Positions 39,089-49,954 of a DNA stretch of 59,753 nucleotides are shown here, in pieces. Under the pieces are notes generated by a model, which was given only the letters and a program-made list of their open reading frames with translations, was not told the DNA's origin and did not search any database. The stretch comes from Candidatus Atribacteria bacterium (GTDB lineage: Bacteria; Atribacterota; Phoenicimicrobiia; Phoenicimicrobiales; Stramentimicrobiaceae), in the NCBI GenBank assembly GCA_029556475.1, contig JAKQEP010000076.1, positions 1-59,753 on the forward strand, in the 5' to 3' direction. The translations under genes and the position numbers were made by a program. Positions within the stretch are counted from its first letter, which is position 1. Every line of letters starts with the position of its first letter.

Positions 39089-40243
39089 TTATAAAATCCT
39101 TTCTTTTATAAAAGATAGTAATTCTTTCATTCCAGCCTCAGCCTTGCCCTGAAACTGTTTTGTGTTAGTATCCAAAATAGATTTGATCTTTTCCCAATTA
39201 TCATTAATATATTGTAACTTATAATCAATATATTTAATAGTTAATTGATTTAGATTTAATAATAATTCTGGCAATTCCAGGGAATTAACATAATTTCTGA
39301 CTTTGGGATCATAGTCAATTGCTATAAAGGGATTGTTGTTAATAGTCGAGAATAGAATTGCATGGAATCTCATCCCAATTGTTAGAGATAATTCAGAAAA
39401 AAAAGATAGCATTTGAGCTGGATTTATTTCCCGTTCCAGACAATCAACAGAAGAATTTTTCATTTGTTTAATTACATCATTTAGTAAAGTCAAATCATTA
39501 TCAATTTGAAAAGGTATAAAAATAAGTCTGGATTGGTATTTTGTAATTAGATGGTCTGCTACTTTGGCTAACTGTAAAACCTTTTGATTATAATCTTGTT
39601 CTATCTCTTTACAATTTCTAATTATCACCCCAATAGTCATCTTGTTAATAGATTTTCCATACCGAGGTCCCAAAAAATAATATTTTTCTATTTCAGAAGA
39701 TAATTGTTCTTTTTTTAATAAAAAAGAGGGGTCAGCATAAACCAGGACTGATTCTTTTTCGATACCAATTTGCTGTAGGAGAAGCTGTGATTGTTCATCT
39801 CTCACTATAATTAGATTTGTTTTGGATAGAGTCAACCTTAAAATTTTTCTGTTAATTTCTCTTCTTATTGGCCCTATACCCTGCCCATATATAACATTAG
39901 GTATTTTAAACAGTCTGGCTAAAAGAATTAAGGAAAGATAATAGATAATACTCAACCCTTTGCCGCTAACATCCTGTAATAAACCGCCACCTCCACTGAT
40001 AAAAACAGCACATTTTTTCATTTGTCTGAAAATAAGAAAAGGGTTTAAACGAAAAACAGAATTTACTCCGTATAACATTTTAGTTTTTTTAGGATTCTGC
40101 GATAAGACAACAATATTTTCTTTTGAAACAATTTGTGATAGCTGTTGTATCATTGCCATCAGAATGGCTTCATCTCCACAATTTCCAAAACCAAAATAGC
40201 CCGAAATTATAATTGATTTGAGATTTCTATTTTTTTTCAACAT
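39089..40243 (-). CDS. csaB: Polysaccharide pyruvyl transferase CsaB
   Basis: SGYFGFGNCGDEA, GGGGLLQD, QGIGP, VRD, MRFH, YDPKV. Confidence 0.9.
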   Translation of the reverse strand: MLKKNRNLKSIIISGYFGFGNCGDEAILMAMIQQLSQIVSKENIVVLSQNPKKTKMLYGVNSVFRLNPFLIFRQMKKCAVFISGGGGLLQDVSGKGLSIIYYLSLILLARLFKIPNVIYGQGIGPIRREINRKILRLTLSKTNLIIVRDEQSQLLLQQIGIEKESVLVYADPSFLLKKEQLSSEIEKYYFLGPRYGKSINKMTIGVIIRNCKEIEQDYNQKVLQLAKVADHLITKYQSRLIFIPFQIDNDLTLLNDVIKQMKNSSVDCLEREINPAQMLSFFSELSLTIGMRFHAILFSTINNNPFIAIDYDPKVRNYVNSLELPELLLNLNQLTIKYIDYKLQYINDNWEKIKSILDTNTKQFQGKAEAGMKELLSFIKERIL

Positions 40244-42239
40244 TCAGACAAATCCTAATTATTTTCAAAAAAAAGAACAAAATAGCAGGAAATAAAATAG
40301 CAAAAAATAATCCAAGCCAATAACCATTAAAAGTTCTTAATAATGAAAAAAGGAAAGGAGTGTGTATATGACAAAAGGTGTTTACGACAGTAATAGGTGC
40401 GATGGTACCCACAGCTATTACCGGAATTTTTAGATAGTGAATATCCAAATGGTTCATTGCAATAGCCAGTGATAACAAGGGATAACCAATAAGGAATTCC
40501 TTGTTTCTGGGCCGGGCAATTAAATACTTTTCAAGAAATAGTCTAATTTTTTCTTCTATATTTGAAATTGTTAAAATTGAAAAATTTCCTGAACGTGTAA
40601 TATATATTATTCCAAACATTATTAAAATCAGAACCAGCAAAGCATGTTCAAACAGAATTGGTTTTTTAATATCTTCTAACAATGCTTTTTTTTCTTCTTT
40701 ACTGCTCCACCAGAAATATATGGTTACAATAAAAATTGGAAATACATATGCAACTTTTATTCCACTAAACAATTGTATGGCTAATATAAATTGCCGCTGG
40801 GTTAACAACGCTGCAATGGTTAATCCACCAAGCAATGAAATCAACATAATCCTGGTGATACCTACAAAAATATTCTTAATAATTTTTGTATATAAGAAAA
40901 ATGGTTTATCAGTTATAACAATGGAATTATTTTTTGTTGAAGCCACCTTAATAAAATATTTTTTATTTATTATTATCGCTAAACTTGGAAAAATTAATGC
41001 ACTTGCCAATGCCAGTATTTTCATTAAGAATATTGTGCCTATTGCTGTATTAACAAGCAGTAAGAATAAAAGAATACTTAAAAATAGCATAATCTCATAT
41101 TTTTTATCAATATTAACAAATTCCAATAATAGCAGTATTCCGGCAGAAATTATACCAAATCCAATTATGAAAACAACAATTAAGGGGTTTTGATAGGTGG
41201 GGAATAGGCTTGCTTCACCAATTTGATAATTATTTTTGATAAGTTCATCCTTTATCTTCTCAATATAATCAAGATTGCTTTCTACTAAACTTCCTTCTCT
41301 TATGTTTAAGAATGGGTTTAAATAAAAGAGCCTTATATTTCTTTCTTGTGCTGCCCGTACCCATCGCTCTATTGCTTTATTTTGGTCAATTTTCTCCATC
41401 TCTTCTTTGGTTATACTATGTACGCGCACGGCCAATTCACTAATCTTAGAAGCAATAGTCTGAATTCCTTTTTGTGAAGTAAATTCGATAATTCCAAAAG
41501 AATAGTTTTTCTTTTCTAAAAAATTTGCCATCCCTGTAAGCATTTTTAATGAAGGGTAACCAAGTACTTCTTCTTCATCAAATATAATCAGAGCAATATC
41601 ATCAAAATCTTCTATTGATTGTAATTTTTGTTGGAAAATTTCCTGATTGATTTTAGAAGTATTTTTAGGTCTTAAAATGAGATTGAATGCCATTTGTTGA
41701 ATTTTTAAAATATCTTCTTTAGAATATCCCAAACCCAATTTTAATAATTCTTCTTCATCACCTTGCAATATTCGTAAATAATATTTTCCATCAATGGTAC
41801 TGGTTTTTATAAAATCTCTTCCTAAATAGGATTGGATATTTTCTTTTATCCTTTGAAATAAGTCATAATCCTGGCATGCTATCATAAAACCGTTATTGGA
41901 AATATTGTCGAATTGGGCTAAATCAAGATGATAAAAATAATTGAACTTGCTCAAGTCATTCGGGGAAAAAAAGGCAATTTTACCTTGCAGCAATAACGTC
42001 GTAATAGTATCTTCCTGAATTGCTATACCGGTTATTCCTTTTAACTTAGCCTGTCTTAGTATTTCATTTTCATCTTTTCCATCTTTAATGGATAGCTCTC
42101 TTATTTTGTTTAAACTCATTACTATATCAATCTGTTTGTAGCTGTTTTCCAAAACTGACCTTTTTATTCCCACCATCAGGGAAAAAATAAGAGTTAATAA
42201 AATAAAAAAAACATACACTTTTTTGGTCTCTATTTTCAA
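40227..42239 (-). CDS. DUF5693-like membrane protein (CsaB-associated)
   Basis: EVLGYP, RVHSI, RWVRAA.ERNIR, GIK, RSGN, RPRNKEFLIGYP, VNTFCHIHTP; many C-terminal TMs. Confidence 0.8.
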   Translation of the reverse strand: MKIETKKVYVFFILLTLIFSLMVGIKRSVLENSYKQIDIVMSLNKIRELSIKDGKDENEILRQAKLKGITGIAIQEDTITTLLLQGKIAFFSPNDLSKFNYFYHLDLAQFDNISNNGFMIACQDYDLFQRIKENIQSYLGRDFIKTSTIDGKYYLRILQGDEEELLKLGLGYSKEDILKIQQMAFNLILRPKNTSKINQEIFQQKLQSIEDFDDIALIIFDEEEVLGYPSLKMLTGMANFLEKKNYSFGIIEFTSQKGIQTIASKISELAVRVHSITKEEMEKIDQNKAIERWVRAAQERNIRLFYLNPFLNIREGSLVESNLDYIEKIKDELIKNNYQIGEASLFPTYQNPLIVVFIIGFGIISAGILLLLEFVNIDKKYEIMLFLSILLFLLLVNTAIGTIFLMKILALASALIFPSLAIIINKKYFIKVASTKNNSIVITDKPFFLYTKIIKNIFVGITRIMLISLLGGLTIAALLTQRQFILAIQLFSGIKVAYVFPIFIVTIYFWWSSKEEKKALLEDIKKPILFEHALLVLILIMFGIIYITRSGNFSILTISNIEEKIRLFLEKYLIARPRNKEFLIGYPLLSLAIAMNHLDIHYLKIPVIAVGTIAPITVVNTFCHIHTPFLFSLLRTFNGYWLGLFFAILFPAILFFFLKIIRICLNVEKK

Positions 42240-42276
42240 AATATTTACCTCATAATATCATTAAAAGATTGGTAAT

Positions 42277-42305
42277 ATTTTAACATACCATCAGATAATT
42301 GTAAA
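42277..42305 (-). promoter_or_regulatory. Sigma70-type promoter of DUF5693-csaB-ftsEX
   Basis: TTTACA-17-TAAAAT with TG extension; the -35 overlaps the upstream terminator tail. Confidence 0.6.
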
Positions 42306-42344
42306 AATGCACCTCTATCAAAATGTAATAAAGGTGCATTTTTA
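42302..42344 (-). terminator. Terminator after the decarboxylase operon
   Basis: TAAAAATGCACCT...AGGTGCATTTTTA inverted repeat with A/U runs on both sides. Confidence 0.72.
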
Positions 42345-42530
42345 TAATAATAATTACCATTAATATAATAATTTCAAATAGCCTGTTAAAAGTAGTCTTA
42401 AAGTTATGATTTTAAATTATTTTCCTTACTATCAAATCAAATCCTTTGCTATTTTTAGAATGCTATTCTAACAGATTATTTTCTATTAATATTATTTAAA
42501 ATAACAGATTAATGAAATATTTGTTGTTCT

Positions 42531-43649
42531 TTATGTTAATAAGGTCAGTATAACCCCTGCTGCCACTGCTGTACCAATTACCCCTGCTACATTGGGACCC
42601 ATGGCATGCATTAATAAGAAATTCCTGGGGTTGGCCTGCTGGCCTACCCTTTGGGCTACTCTGGCTGCCATCGGTACTGCAGATACTCCTGCAGCTCCAA
42701 TTAGAGGGTTAATCTTTCCACCTGATAGTCGGTATAATACCTGTCCGAACATTACCCCGCCAAAGGTACTGAAGCCAAAAGCAATCAATCCTAGGGTTAT
42801 TATTTTTATAGTCTCCACTGTCAGGAAATATTTTGCCTCCATGGTGGCACCAACACAGGTTCCCAGAAAAATTGTCACAATATTGATAAGCTCATTTTGG
42901 GTGGTGTTGGATAGTCTATCTACTACCATACTCTCCCTGAACAGGTTCCCCAGCATCATAATACCTACAATAGGCACAGTAGCTGGTAATAATAGTCCTA
43001 CAAATATTGTACAAATAATGGGGAAAAGTATTTTCTCGGTTTTAGAAACAGGATGTAGCTGCTTCATTACTGTCTTTCTCTGTTCCTTGGTAGTACACAA
43101 CTTCATTATTGGGGGTTGGATTAAGGGTACTAAAGACATATAGGAATAAGCGGCTACTGCAATCGCTCCTAAGATATGCGGTGCTGTCTTGGCAGCCAAA
43201 TAGATTGCCGTAGGTCCATCGGCGCCTCCTATGATGCCTATTGCTGAAGCTTCTTTAATATTGAAACCTATTAATACTGCTCCTATTATGGCCACAAAAA
43301 CGCCAAGCTGGGCAGTTGCTCCTAATAAAAAAGTTACCGGATTGGCCAACAGTGGTCCAAAGTCAGTCATAGCTCCTATCCCCATAAAGATTAAGATGGG
43401 AAATAGTTCGTGGCGTATTCCAAAAGAGAGCAGATTTAAAAATCCTCCTTCTTCCATTAAACCGGTAAAAGGTAAATTTACTAAAATTGCACCAAAGGCA
43501 ATTGGTAACAACAATAATGGTTCATAATTTTTTACTATGGCCAGATATAACAGGGTTCCCCCTACTAACAGCATTATTAAACTTGGCAGGTTTAAGCCGA
43601 CAAAGCCGGATATTTCTACAAGTTCGATTAGGGAATGAACTATATTCAT
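42531..43649 (-). CDS. mmdB: Na+-translocating decarboxylase beta subunit
   Basis: EPLLLLPI.FG, MTDFGPL, IGIIGGADGPT, AYSYMSLVP, GVSAVPMAARV, MHAMGPNVAG. Confidence 0.93.
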   Translation of the reverse strand: MNIVHSLIELVEISGFVGLNLPSLIMLLVGGTLLYLAIVKNYEPLLLLPIAFGAILVNLPFTGLMEEGGFLNLLSFGIRHELFPILIFMGIGAMTDFGPLLANPVTFLLGATAQLGVFVAIIGAVLIGFNIKEASAIGIIGGADGPTAIYLAAKTAPHILGAIAVAAYSYMSLVPLIQPPIMKLCTTKEQRKTVMKQLHPVSKTEKILFPIICTIFVGLLLPATVPIVGIMMLGNLFRESMVVDRLSNTTQNELINIVTIFLGTCVGATMEAKYFLTVETIKIITLGLIAFGFSTFGGVMFGQVLYRLSGGKINPLIGAAGVSAVPMAARVAQRVGQQANPRNFLLMHAMGPNVAGVIGTAVAAGVILTLLT

Positions 43650-43672
43650 ATCATACTCCTTTTTTGATATTC

Positions 43673-44071
43673 TTAACCTATTACGGCGAGGGCATCATCG
43701 GTTTCCACCATCTGATTCACGGCAACATGTATCTTTTTAACTTTGCCGCCAGAACCAGCAACAATTTCATTCTCCATCTTCATTGCTTCCAGAATCACGA
43801 TAGTATCACCCTCTTGAACTGTATCCCCTTCTGATACATTTATTTTAAGAATCTTACCGGGCATGGGAGCTACGATAACCTCCTCACCTTCTGAGACGGT
43901 AACAGAGGCTTCCTTTTTTACCTCAGGTTTTACTGGTGCAGTCTCAACTTTTACTTCCTTTGCTTCTGTCTTGACAACTGGAGTAGCAGTAGGAGGGGTA
44001 TTGCCTGTGCCTATCTCTTCCACCTCTACCAGATATTCTTTACCATTTACTTTGATTTTAAATTGTTTCAT
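43673..44071 (-). CDS. mmdC: Biotin carboxyl carrier subunit
   Basis: VNGKEY.VEVEE N-domain, Pro/Ala/Glu linker, APMPG, EAMKMEN. Confidence 0.92.
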   Translation of the reverse strand: MKQFKIKVNGKEYLVEVEEIGTGNTPPTATPVVKTEAKEVKVETAPVKPEVKKEASVTVSEGEEVIVAPMPGKILKINVSEGDTVQEGDTIVILEAMKMENEIVAGSGGKVKKIHVAVNQMVETDDALAVIG

Positions 44072-44074
44072 TTA

Positions 44075-44491
44075 CTAAAATCCTCCTTTTTTTCTGGAAC
44101 TAATTGATATTCTTTCTGTCATCATATTTTGTCTGCCCGAAATTGCCCAGTAGTTTAAAGTCTGTGGTATAATCCTTTTTATACTAATAATACTGAGTGG
44201 TAGTGCTGATGTTGTACTATGTAGATAACTAGCAACAGCTGCCGATATAACACCGACTATTTCCTCATTTGCCGTTTCTTCAACACCTGTTGTTTCTTTC
44301 GGTACTGGAGCCGCTTTCTCTCCTTTGACAATCCCTTTTTCATCTTTGGCTGGTTTTTTTGAAGTGAAAGCCATGAATTTTCTCAGTCCTACCATCAATA
44401 ATGCCAGCAAACCCAATACTATAAATACAATAACCATTGAAATTATTGATAATACAATTGCACCCTGCATTCCTTCATACATATTATGCAC
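44075..44491 (-). CDS. mmdD: OadG/MmdD-family membrane anchor subunit
   Basis: M.IVF.VL single TM, EEIVGVISAAV, W..SGR. Confidence 0.85.
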   Translation of the reverse strand: MHNMYEGMQGAIVLSIISMVIVFIVLGLLALLMVGLRKFMAFTSKKPAKDEKGIVKGEKAAPVPKETTGVEETANEEIVGVISAAVASYLHSTTSALPLSIISIKRIIPQTLNYWAISGRQNMMTERISISSRKKGGF

Positions 44492-44552
44492 CTTCTTTCA
44501 ATAGGTAAAATATATTCAGATAACACTTATTAAAAGTAATTTTCCACTTTAT

Positions 44553-46121
44553 CTAAAGAGGGATATTTCCATGCTTTTTACCTGGTAAACTTTCTCTTTT
44601 AGTAGAAAGCATTTCAAAAGTTGTAATCAATCTCGGTCTGGTCTCACGGGGATCAATAATCATATCTACATAGCCTCTGGCTGCTGCGGCATAAGGATTA
44701 GAAAATTGTTCTTGATATTCATCAATCTTTTTCTGCCGGTACTGTTCAGGGTTTTCTGCTTCTGCTATTTCTTTCTTAAAGATTATATTGGCAGCACCTT
44801 GAGAACCCATTACGGCAATCTCTGCTGTAGGCCAGGCAATGACCTGGTCTGCTCCTAAATCCCTACTGCACATAGCCAGATACGCTCCACCATATGATTT
44901 TCTTACCACCACTGTAACCTTGGGAACGGTCGCTTCAGAATAGGCATATAACATCTTTGCCCCATGTCTGATAATTCCTCCATACTCTTGATTCGTTCCT
45001 GGTAAAAATCCTGGAACATCTACTAGAGTTAAGATAGGAATATTAAAGGCATCGCAAAAACGGATAAAACGAGCAGCTTTATCAGAGGCGTCAATATCCA
45101 GACAACCAGCAAGTATCTTTGGCTGATTGGCAATAATCCCGATACTCTGACCATTTAATCTGGCGAACCCGGTGAGAATATTACGAGCAAAATGTTCATG
45201 TGCCTCAAAAAAATCACCATTATCAACAATATATTTTATAATATCTCTCATTTCATAGGGCTTATTAGGATCTGTTGGCACAATGTTTAATAATGCCTCT
45301 TCCATTCTATTGGAAACATCATTGGTAGGTTCAACAGGAGGATTCTCCATATTATTGGAAGGCATGTAACTAAGTATTTTCCGGACTGATTTAAAAACTT
45401 CCTGTTCATTTTCAGCTGCAAAGTGGGCAACTCCACTTTTTTGGTTATGAGTCATTGCTCCTCCTAATTTTTCTGAGGAGACATCTTCACCTGTAACTGC
45501 TTTAATAACACTGGGACCGGTAATATGCATAATGCCAATCTTCTTAACCATAAAGACAAAATCCATTATCGCAGGAGAGTATACAGCTCCGCCTGCAGCT
45601 GGACCAACTACTACAGAAATCTGGGGAACCACACCTGAGGCAATAGTATTCCGATAAAATATTTGTCCATAACCACTCAAAGAGTCTACGCCTTCTTGAA
45701 TACGAGCACCACCAGAATCATTGATTCCAATAACAGGTGCACCCATTTTCATAGCCATGTCCATAACTTTGCATATCTTTTTAGAGTGCATTTCTCCTAA
45801 AGAACCACCAATGACAGTAAAATCCTGGGAAAAAACATAAACCAGACGTCCGTTAACTGTTCCATAACCGGTAACCACTCCTTCTCCTGGCACTTCCTTC
45901 CCAGCCATATCAAAATTTGTACAACGATGTTCCACAAAAAGATCTAGCTCATTAAAACTCCCCTCATCTAATAATAAGGATATTCTTTCACGGGCGGTCA
46001 GTTTTCCTCTTTCATGTTGTGCTGTAACTCTTTTTTCTCCTCCGCCAGCAAGAATCTTTTCTTTCTTTTCCTGCAAAACTTTCATTAATTGATTAATAGA
46101 TTGTTCCATTAGACACTCCAC
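44553..46121 (-). CDS. mmdA: Methylmalonyl-CoA decarboxylase alpha (carboxyltransferase) subunit
   Basis: GKLTARERI, QDFTV.GGSLG, SGGARIQEG, DVPGFLPG, KHGNIPL; mcm/mce context; true start may be ATG 46109. Confidence 0.92.
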   Translation of the reverse strand: MECLMEQSINQLMKVLQEKKEKILAGGGEKRVTAQHERGKLTARERISLLLDEGSFNELDLFVEHRCTNFDMAGKEVPGEGVVTGYGTVNGRLVYVFSQDFTVIGGSLGEMHSKKICKVMDMAMKMGAPVIGINDSGGARIQEGVDSLSGYGQIFYRNTIASGVVPQISVVVGPAAGGAVYSPAIMDFVFMVKKIGIMHITGPSVIKAVTGEDVSSEKLGGAMTHNQKSGVAHFAAENEQEVFKSVRKILSYMPSNNMENPPVEPTNDVSNRMEEALLNIVPTDPNKPYEMRDIIKYIVDNGDFFEAHEHFARNILTGFARLNGQSIGIIANQPKILAGCLDIDASDKAARFIRFCDAFNIPILTLVDVPGFLPGTNQEYGGIIRHGAKMLYAYSEATVPKVTVVVRKSYGGAYLAMCSRDLGADQVIAWPTAEIAVMGSQGAANIIFKKEIAEAENPEQYRQKKIDEYQEQFSNPYAAAARGYVDMIIDPRETRPRLITTFEMLSTKRESLPGKKHGNIPL

Positions 46122-46235
46122 CTTCCTTTAATTATTTAATCCTTATAGAAGTTTAATTGAATCTTTCTAAAAAAATAAATATATAATTAAATCTTATAAA
46201 TAATAAGTCCTTCAACTTTTTTAGAATTAATACTT

Positions 46236-46646
46236 CTAATCCTGATCCTTGTGCTCGCATAATTCGACTAAAACCCCCTTAGTGCTCTTAGGATGTAGAA
46301 AAGCAATTTTGATGCCTCCCGCACCAATTCGTGGTTTCTGATCGATTAATTGAACCCCTTTTCTCTTGAGATCTTCTATCACCCCTTCTAAATCACCAAC
46401 TTCAAAGGCAATATGATGAATGCCTTCCCCTTTTTTTTCAATAAACCTGGCGATGTTTCCCTCTGGAGATGTTGATTCTAATAATTCAATTTTGCTTTCA
46501 CCAACAGGCAGACAGGCTACTTTAACAAGCTGATCTTCTACTTCTTCTATACCAGAACAGGTCATGCCCAGAGTATCCTGAAAAACTGAAAGAGCATCAC
46601 CTAGATTTTTTACGGCAATCCCGATATGATTAATTTTTTTAAACAA
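46236..46646 (-). CDS. mce: Methylmalonyl-CoA epimerase
   Basis: HIGIAV, IELLE, GEGIHHIAF, FLHPK..GVLVEL. Confidence 0.95.
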   Translation of the reverse strand: MFKKINHIGIAVKNLGDALSVFQDTLGMTCSGIEEVEDQLVKVACLPVGESKIELLESTSPEGNIARFIEKKGEGIHHIAFEVGDLEGVIEDLKRKGVQLIDQKPRIGAGGIKIAFLHPKSTKGVLVELCEHKDQD

Positions 46647-47601
46647 TATTATTACCCCCTTGAAATATTTTTTTCTTGAATTTTTCGGTTAGCTTTTCAA
46701 CTGCACAATAAGGGTCATTCTCCTGCTTTAATACTTTTTCTACTTCCCTTTCCAGGTTTGCTTCCCCTATTAATTGAAAAAACATATCTTTCCAATTTTC
46801 CTGGAAGAGATCGAAAATTTCTTTTCTAACCCGATTTCTTCTTCTCTGGTATATCTGCCCATTCTCCTCTAACTCAACGATCAACCTTTCAATCTCTTTC
46901 CATAACTGTGCTATACCTATATTCTCAATGCCAACTGTTTTAATTATTGGAGGATTTTTTTTGCCCTCACCATTTAAATGTATCATCATCTCTATTTCCG
47001 TAATCAGTTTATCAGCACCGTCCCTATCCGCTTTATTGACTACAAAGATATCTCCTATTTCCATAATGCCAGCTTTTAGTGCCTGTATATCATCCCCCAT
47101 ACCTGGAATGGTCACCAGGAGAATAATATCCGACACTTTAATTACTTCTATTTCCGATTGTCCTACACCAACTGTTTCTATAAAAATAATATCTTTCCCC
47201 ATAGCGTCCATTATCTTAACAATAGCTTGAGTAGAACGCGACAAACCTCCCAGATGACCTCTGGTTCCTATACTTCGGATAAATACTTCCTGGTCAGTTG
47301 CCAGATCCTGCATTCTTATGCGATCACCGAGAATAGCACCACCTGTAAAAGGACTGCTGGGATCTATGGCAATGATACCAACTTTTTTTCCAATTTTTCT
47401 GATATGCTGGGTCAGGCGATCAGTAATAGTACTTTTACCTGAGCCAGGAGGCCCGGTAATTCCAATAACAATCGCTTTGCCACAATATTGATGCAAGTCT
47501 TTTAAGGCCTTTTGAGCATGTTGAAAATCATTCTCTACCAAAGTAATAAGCTTTGCTACAGCCCTGGTATCACCTTGCCGAACTCTGGTACCCAAATCCA
47601 T
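46639..47601 (-). CDS. meaB: Methylmalonyl-CoA mutase-associated GTPase
   Basis: GPPGSGKST, DPSSPFTGGAILGDRIRM, ETVGVGQ, NKAD. Confidence 0.95.
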   Translation of the reverse strand: MDLGTRVRQGDTRAVAKLITLVENDFQHAQKALKDLHQYCGKAIVIGITGPPGSGKSTITDRLTQHIRKIGKKVGIIAIDPSSPFTGGAILGDRIRMQDLATDQEVFIRSIGTRGHLGGLSRSTQAIVKIMDAMGKDIIFIETVGVGQSEIEVIKVSDIILLVTIPGMGDDIQALKAGIMEIGDIFVVNKADRDGADKLITEIEMMIHLNGEGKKNPPIIKTVGIENIGIAQLWKEIERLIVELEENGQIYQRRRNRVRKEIFDLFQENWKDMFFQLIGEANLEREVEKVLKQENDPYCAVEKLTEKFKKKIFQGGNNIV

Positions 47602-47617
47602 TTATTTATACCCCTAT

Positions 47618-48025
47618 TTAAGTTTTGGTAATCTCAATATTCTCTTTTATAAATTTTACTATCTTATTAGTGTCTGTCCCTGGAGTAAATATCTCTTTAA
47701 TACCCACTTTTTTTAACTCGGCAATATCTTCATTAGGAATAATTCCTCCCGCTATTACCAGAATATCGGTAGCCTCTTTTTCTGCCAATAACTCCATTAT
47801 TTTTGGAAATAGATACATATGCGCACCTGAGAGAATACTTAATCCAATAACATTAACATCTTCCTGAATTGCTGTTTCTACAATCTGTTCAGGTGTTTGT
47901 CTTAATCCTGTATAGATAACCTCCATTCCGGCATCTCGTAATGCCCGAGCAATAACCTTTGCTCCACGGTCATGTCCATCTAAACCTGGTTTGGCAACTA
48001 AAACTCGGATTCTGGCATTTTTCAT
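47618..48025 (-). CDS. Acyl-CoA mutase cobalamin-binding subunit
   Basis: [22 protein letters not shown]. Confidence 0.95.
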   Translation of the reverse strand: MKNARIRVLVAKPGLDGHDRGAKVIARALRDAGMEVIYTGLRQTPEQIVETAIQEDVNVIGLSILSGAHMYLFPKIMELLAEKEATDILVIAGGIIPNEDIAELKKVGIKEIFTPGTDTNKIVKFIKENIEITKT

Positions 48026-48043
48026 AGTACACCTTCCTTGTCT

Positions 48044-49720
48044 CTATATCTTTATAGAATCTTTATATTCACCAAATACTTCTCTGAGTTGATCACAAAC
48101 CTCGCCCAGGGTAGCATAACTTCTGACACAACTAAGAATAGCAGGCATAACATTCTGTTCAGAACTGGCAATCTTCTTTAACAGGCTGAGGTTTTCCTGA
48201 ACTTCTGCTTCATTTCTTCTCTTTTTAATACTATTTAGTTTCTCTGCCTGTCTCTTCTCTATTTCCGGGTTTACCTTCAGCAAATCTTTCATTGGTTCTT
48301 CTTCTGATTGAAATTGATTGACACCAACTATTATTCTTTCTTTATTTTCAATATCTTTCTGGTATTTATAAGCGCTGTTCTGTATTTCCTTCTGAATAAA
48401 TCCTTTTTCAATAGCTTTAGGTGCTCCCCCCAATTTATCAATCTGATTTATATAGTCCATTGCTCCCTGTTCAATTTCAGTGGTTAACTTTTCCAGGTAG
48501 TAAGAGCCCGCCATAGGATCTACAGTTTCAGCAACACCACTTTCATAGGCAATAATCTGTTGTGTTCTTAGGGCTATTCTTACGGACTTCTGTGATGGTA
48601 AAGAAAGGGCTTCATCTCTGGAGTTTGTGTGTAAAGATTGCGTTCCTCCTAAAACTGCAGCTAATGCTTGAATCGCCACTCTAACCACATTATTGTCAGG
48701 TTGCTGTGCAGTAAGAGTGCATCCAGCAGTTTGAGTATGAAAACGGAGCATCATTGACTTTGGATCTTTTGCCCTAAAGCGTTCTTTCATAATTTTTGCC
48801 CATAGTCTCCGTGCCGCTCTAAATTTAGCAACTTCTTCAAATAGATCATTATGTGCATTGAAGAAAAAAGATAATCTGGGGGCAAAAATATCAATATCAA
48901 GACCTTTTTTAGTTGCCGCGGAAACATACGCAATCCCATTAGCTAAAGTAAAAGCTATCTCTTGAATAGCAGTTGATCCTGCTTCTCTGATATGGTAACC
49001 ACTAATACTTATTGTATTCCATTTTGGCAATTCCTTTGAACAGTAATCGAAAATATCGGTTATTAGTCGCATGGAGGGTAAGGGTGGGAATATATAGGTA
49101 CCTCTTGCCACATATTCTTTTAAAATATCATTTTGAATGGTTCCATTTAGTTCCGTTTTTGAAATTCCCTGCTTTTCAGCAATGGCAATATACATTGCCA
49201 ACAAAACAGCAGCCGGAGCATTGATAGTCATAGAAGTGCTTACCTGATCCAGAGGGATACCACTAAACAATATCTCCATATCTTCTAAAGTATCAATTGC
49301 TACTCCAACTTTACCTACTTCACCATGTGCCATAGGATGAGTAGAGTCATAACCTATTTGAGTTGGCAAGTCAAAAGCGATACTTAAGCCAGTCTGACCA
49401 TTTTGCAACAGATACTGGTATCTTTTGTTTGATTCCTCAGCATCTCCAAAACCGGCATACTGTCTCATAGTCCACAATTTTCCCCGATACATAGTCGGCT
49501 GTACTCCTCTGGTATATGGGTACTCCCCAGGATAGCCCAGATCGTCTACATAATCAAAACTTTCTAAATCTAATGGGTCATACAATCTATTTATTTCCTT
49601 ATTTGAACCAGTAACAAATGTATTTTTTCTTTCAGAAAATTTTTTTAAAACTTTATTTAATAAATTACTTTCCCACTGTTTTTTAACTTCTTCAATTCGC
49701 TTTTTCCCTTGGTAATTCAA
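48044..49720 (-). CDS. Methylmalonyl-CoA mutase catalytic subunit (split type)
   Basis: [10 protein letters not shown] (Tyr as in MCM, not Phe as in isobutyryl-CoA mutase), [25 protein letters not shown]. Confidence 0.93.
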   Translation of the reverse strand: MNYQGKKRIEEVKKQWESNLLNKVLKKFSERKNTFVTGSNKEINRLYDPLDLESFDYVDDLGYPGEYPYTRGVQPTMYRGKLWTMRQYAGFGDAEESNKRYQYLLQNGQTGLSIAFDLPTQIGYDSTHPMAHGEVGKVGVAIDTLEDMEILFSGIPLDQVSTSMTINAPAAVLLAMYIAIAEKQGISKTELNGTIQNDILKEYVARGTYIFPPLPSMRLITDIFDYCSKELPKWNTISISGYHIREAGSTAIQEIAFTLANGIAYVSAATKKGLDIDIFAPRLSFFFNAHNDLFEEVAKFRAARRLWAKIMKERFRAKDPKSMMLRFHTQTAGCTLTAQQPDNNVVRVAIQALAAVLGGTQSLHTNSRDEALSLPSQKSVRIALRTQQIIAYESGVAETVDPMAGSYYLEKLTTEIEQGAMDYINQIDKLGGAPKAIEKGFIQKEIQNSAYKYQKDIENKERIIVGVNQFQSEEEPMKDLLKVNPEIEKRQAEKLNSIKKRRNEAEVQENLSLLKKIASSEQNVMPAILSCVRSYATLGEVCDQLREVFGEYKDSIKI

Positions 49721-49954
49721 CTGCTACACCTCCTTTTTTTGTTTTGTTAAAACTTAAATAAATTTCTGGCTATTTTTTCATAAATTATTTTTAAATATTT
49801 TCTTATTATTCATTTTGATTTCAGACAAAAACCATAAACTCAATAATTTCATACTTCTAACTAACATATATATTATTTTCATACCACAAACAAAGAATTT
49901 ATTTATAACAAAATGAATTTTTATAAAATACTAAAAAGCATTTATAATTATTAA

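Noticed and set aside
40501-41193. 230-aa plus-strand ORF, and the other plus-strand ORFs such as 42592-43143 and 10281-10667
   Set aside because: Antisense shadows of conserved minus-strand genes, with no recognisable motifs
48044-49720. Isobutyryl-CoA mutase linking to the VOR product
   Set aside because: RQYAG (Tyr) determinant and mce/mmd neighbours indicate methylmalonyl-CoA mutase
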